A stretch of DNA of 63,654 nt, filler included, from Aduncisulcus paluster (taxonomy: Eukaryota), in the NCBI GenBank assembly GCA_024181965.1. It is 15 parts of 15 records of this genome, joined end to end, with 100 filler letters (N's around TTAATTAATTAA, not from the genome) between each part and the next. Parts side by side here need not be neighbours in the genome. Positions count along the whole stretch, not along the records: positions 59,357 to 61,799 come from BQXS01011793.1; positions 61,900 to 63,654 come from BQXS01011801.1; 13 more parts are not named here. One strand, given 5' to 3'. The position numbers and the translations under genes are program-made. Positions 60,105 through 63,654 of this stretch are shown piece by piece. How positions within the stretch are numbered: the first letter of the stretch is position 1; the number at the start of each line of letters is the position of its first letter. Below the pieces are notes generated by a model, which was given only the letters and a program-made list of their open reading frames with translations, did no database searches and was not told the origin of the DNA.

Positions 60105-61238
60105 TTATACCGACCCCAATTCACCCATCATATTTTGTGGAATCATATCCTTGACGTAATCGATGGAATAACCTTTAGCCAACAAATAAATAAGTTTGGC
60201 CAATGCAGCTTCAGCAGTCATATCCTTTGCACTGACACATCCAGCATCCTTCAAAGATGCACCGTATTCATCTAAATTAACCAAACCTTGATGGGTCTGA
60301 GTTGCATCAACAAGGACAACTCCACGGCTGTTGGCATCTGTCAAAGCACTCATAAAATCATCATCGCCAACTGGACCATTACCAGTTCCATATGCAAGGA
60401 TGACTGCACCCTCGATAGTGCTATCATCAAGAGCACGTTCAACAAAGTCCCCACTAATTCCGGGGTAGAGATGGATCAGAACGACATTAATATCGGACAC
60501 ATCGGCAGTAACAGCAAAAGTTCCAGTTGGAGGATCAAGGATAAGATCATCTCTAACAACGGTTGTGACGCATTGAGTCACAAGATTGGGGAAGAAACCA
60601 CTATCGAAGGCATCGAGATCCCAAGCAGAAAGTTTCTGAGTTCTGTTACCTCTCATAGCATGGTGATCGAAGTACAACATAACTTCAGGAATGGAATAAT
60701 CAGCAGCAAGTTGCATAGCACCCAAAAGATTGAAAACTCCATCATTAAAGGTTTCAGCAAGGGGAATCTGAGAACCTGTCACAACAACAGGCTTATCAAG
60801 ATTTTCCAAGAGGAAGGAAAGGGCAGATGCAGTGAAAGCCATAGTATCAGTTCCATGGATAACAACAAATCCATCATAATCGTGATAAACGTTAAAAATA
60901 TCGTAAGCAATTTGCATCCAATTGCTAGGGTTCATCTGAGATGAATCAAGAAGGGGATCATATTCATTAATAGTGTAGGAAGGCATGTCATCAGCAGAGA
61001 AGTTTGGGATGTTGCTCATTACCTCTTCCAAATAGCCAGGTTCTGGAACATAACCATCATCAGTTTTCTTCATACCAATAGTACCACCAGTATAAGCAAT
61101 GTAAATTGATCTATCACTTGTTTTAAGACCATCATTCCTTCTAAATTTGGAATAGGGCCCATCGGGAAGAACAATTGGATCAAATGCCAAAGAATATGTG
61201 ATAAAGGCAATAATAAAAAGGAAATGGAGTGTTTTCAT
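60105..61238 (-). CDS. ansA: L-asparaginase, type I (AnsA-like), with signal peptide
   Basis: IYIAYTGGTIGM, LLDSS, HGTDTM, VVTGSQIP, RGNR and DMTAEAALAKL, plus a hydrophobic N-terminus. Confidence 0.9.
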   Translation of the reverse strand: MKTLHFLFIIAFITYSLAFDPIVLPDGPYSKFRRNDGLKTSDRSIYIAYTGGTIGMKKTDDGYVPEPGYLEEVMSNIPNFSADDMPSYTINEYDPLLDSSQMNPSNWMQIAYDIFNVYHDYDGFVVIHGTDTMAFTASALSFLLENLDKPVVVTGSQIPLAETFNDGVFNLLGAMQLAADYSIPEVMLYFDHHAMRGNRTQKLSAWDLDAFDSGFFPNLVTQCVTTVVRDDLILDPPTGTFAVTADVSDINVVLIHLYPGISGDFVERALDDSTIEGAVILAYGTGNGPVGDDDFMSALTDANSRGVVLVDATQTHQGLVNLDEYGASLKDAGCVSAKDMTAEAALAKLIYLLAKGYSIDYVKDMIPQNMMGELGSV

Positions 61239-61899
61239 TTGTTTTCCCTCTTTTTATCGAAAGAAAAAGCCATCTTTTGGGAACCGTGAGCAGATTATCA
61301 TCCAGCGATCTGTTCTATTTTTAGGAATTCTAAATATAAATTGAGAGATTACTATTAATAAATATTATTAATCCGAAACTATTTTTAATTTTTTTCTCAT
61401 TTTAACGGAGATGGAATTTTTTTCGATTTTGCCTTACCTGAATATAATTGATGAAATTATTCCGATAATTTATTAATAATACACATTATAAATGATTAAT
61501 TTGCCATTGAATCGATATTATTATATGTGATTGAGTCTCTATTGATGTTCAAAAATCATCACCCCGAAATTATCAGAATATCCTGCTAAAATACCCAGCC
61601 AAGAGTTTTACTCCTGATGAAATGTTGATAACTTAATGTGGAATTGTTGGAAGGTATGAGTAATGAAGAAAGTGATTCTGGGGGTGAAACTATTCTATAA
61701 CTAAGCGTTGAGAGTGTTGATATACAAGAAAAGACTCCCTTTGTGTTGTTATGAGCAATAGCTCCAAAGTAAACAAATTGCAATATGGCTGTTTTGAATN
61801 NNNNNNNNNNNNNNNNNNNNNNNNNNNNNNNNNNNNNNNNNNNTTAATTAATTAANNNNNNNNNNNNNNNNNNNNNNNNNNNNNNNNNNNNNNNNNNNN

Positions 61900-62387
61900 T
61901 TGCCCCCGAGATTATCATTGGTCTTGGGCACGGTAAGGCTGTTGATTGGTGGAGTGTGGGAATCCTTCTCTTTGAGATGCTGAGTGGACAACCTCCTTTC
62001 TTCAAGGATACTCGTCAAGACATGTACCGTAGTGTGATCCACGATCGTTTGAAATTCCCCAAGACTATATCTTCATCACATGCCAAAGATTTCCTCTCAA
62101 AGATTCTCCTTAGACAACCTGAAAAGCGGCTAGGAAGTGGAGGAGTCGAGGATATTAAATCACATCCCTTGTTCAGCACACTCGATTGGAAATTACTCGA
62201 GGAGCGTAAGCTCGCACCTCCATTCAAACCACGTTTATCGGACAGAGATATTGTCAGCAACTTCGATCCATCATTCACGAGAGAATTAGCCAGAGATAGC
62301 ACGTGTGACATTAAAATAGAGGAGGAACACGATAAAAAGTTTAGTGTATTCGGATTTGTGAAGACCGATGAAGATCCAAAGAAATAA
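61900..62387 (+). CDS. AGC kinase C-terminal part, inverted duplicate (5' partial)
   Basis: Exact reverse complement of 62954-63441. Confidence 0.8.
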
Positions 62388-62953
62388 GATTATCTTCTGC
62401 CAATCCCTCGCCAAAAGATCGTCTAATCCTAATGTTTAATTTGATAAAATAAAGTATGATATATTTCGATTGATATTTCGTTCAGTTGTGACAAAGATTC
62501 GTTTTTGTTGCGATAACGCAATTTCAAATTAATAATAGTTGTTAAAATGATTTTAAAAATTAGATTGCTTGTTAGCCATTAGAAATTAACTTAATTTATA
62601 TAAAGAATTAAACTGTTACAATTTGTTTCTTCAAGAAACTGTATTAAGTTAAATCTCGATGATTCCAAGGAAAAATTTTATTATATTGATAGTAATATCA
62701 TCGATGAATTACGAAATATTTCATATATACCTCCGAAGACCGAACAATGGCAATATTCTCGATATTCCTATCATAGTAAATGATATTCATTTATTCATTA
62801 CTTATGATTAAGCTTACCCCTTGTTAATCTTCTAAAATATTTCACAAAAAATTCACACAGAACTTGGGAGACATAAAAATCCTTAAAAATAACAACCAGC
62901 GAAAAAATAGATAAAAAAACAATAAAAATTGAAAATAAATCATTAAAATAATC

Positions 62954-63654
62954 TTATTTCTTTGGATCTTCATCGGTCTTCACAAATCCGAATACACTAA
63001 ACTTTTTATCGTGTTCCTCCTCTATTTTAATGTCACACGTGCTATCTCTGGCTAATTCTCTCGTGAATGATGGATCGAAGTTGCTGACAATATCTCTGTC
63101 CGATAAACGTGGTTTGAATGGAGGTGCGAGCTTACGCTCCTCGAGTAATTTCCAATCGAGTGTGCTGAACAAGGGATGTGATTTAATATCCTCGACTCCT
63201 CCACTTCCTAGCCGCTTTTCAGGTTGTCTAAGGAGAATCTTTGAGAGGAAATCTTTGGCATGTGATGAAGATATAGTCTTGGGGAATTTCAAACGATCGT
63301 GGATCACACTACGGTACATGTCTTGACGAGTATCCTTGAAGAAAGGAGGTTGTCCACTCAGCATCTCAAAGAGAAGGATTCCCACACTCCACCAATCAAC
63401 AGCCTTACCGTGCCCAAGACCAATGATAATCTCGGGGGCAATGTATTCCGGCGTTCCACAGAACGTGCGTGTGGTGCTGCCTTCTGCACTGCCACCGGCA
63501 CTACTCACTCCAATCTTGGAGAGACCAAAATCAGCAAGCTTCACATGACCATCACGATCAAGCAACACATTTTCAGGTTTCAAGTCACGGTACACAATGT
63601 CACGCTCATGTAAATAATTGAGGGCAAGAACAATCTCGGCAATGTAAAAGACGG
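62954..63654 (-). CDS. AGC-family Ser/Thr kinase (S6K/SGK/Akt-like), 5' part outside window
   Basis: YRDLKPEN, DFG, TFCGTPEY, PPFKP, NFDPSFT and hydrophobic motif FSVFGF. Confidence 0.93.
   Translation of the reverse strand, partial: VFYIAEIVLALNYLHERDIVYRDLKPENVLLDRDGHVKLADFGLSKIGVSSAGGSAEGSTTRTFCGTPEYIAPEIIIGLGHGKAVDWWSVGILLFEMLSGQPPFFKDTRQDMYRSVIHDRLKFPKTISSSHAKDFLSKILLRQPEKRLGSGGVEDIKSHPLFSTLDWKLLEERKLAPPFKPRLSDRDIVSNFDPSFTRELARDSTCDIKIEEEHDKKFSVFGFVKTDEDPKK

Noticed and set aside
7760..61899. Recurrent TTAATTAATTAA palindrome and ORFs ending in XXXX-LIN
   Set aside because: Artificial contig linker, so adjacency across linkers is not evidence of linkage.
172..63613. Numerous short or antisense ORFs overlapping called genes (e.g. 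172-420, 13533-14321, 16786-17766, 57341-58135)
   Set aside because: Shadow frames of real genes or of the retroelement.

Overview
This is gene-dense, intron-poor, AT-rich eukaryotic (protist) DNA. It is not contiguous. Fifteen contigs are joined by 100-nt N/TTAATTAATTAA/N linkers, and five 20-N gaps each have an overlap duplicated on both sides. The gene families and GTATGT introns suggest a free-living fornicate/metamonad such as Aduncisulcus (inference, not verified). Housekeeping-type genes: BPI/LBP-like protein, EF-hand/WD40 protein, SMC4 3' end, MBOAT acyltransferase, kelch protein, C9orf72-like DENN protein, ATG16-like protein, Rab tail, RRM protein, SAM synthetase 5' end, L-asparaginase and AGC kinase. 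Accessory content: (1) A multicopy protein-kinase family whose two tandem N-terminal domains vary only in matching patches, while the kinase part and upstream DNA are almost invariant. This is a candidate diversified intracellular receptor system. (2) Tandemly repeated LRR/EGF-like surface-protein units. (3) Three pieces of one non-LTR retrotransposon, which together rebuild a restriction-like endonuclease with a ~100-aa insertion; one copy has a 15-bp target-site duplication and no poly(A) tail. (4) Two ends of a putative DNA transposon with a C-terminal Cys-rich domain and a shared terminal motif 225 bp after the stop. All calls are from manual reading; no searches were run.
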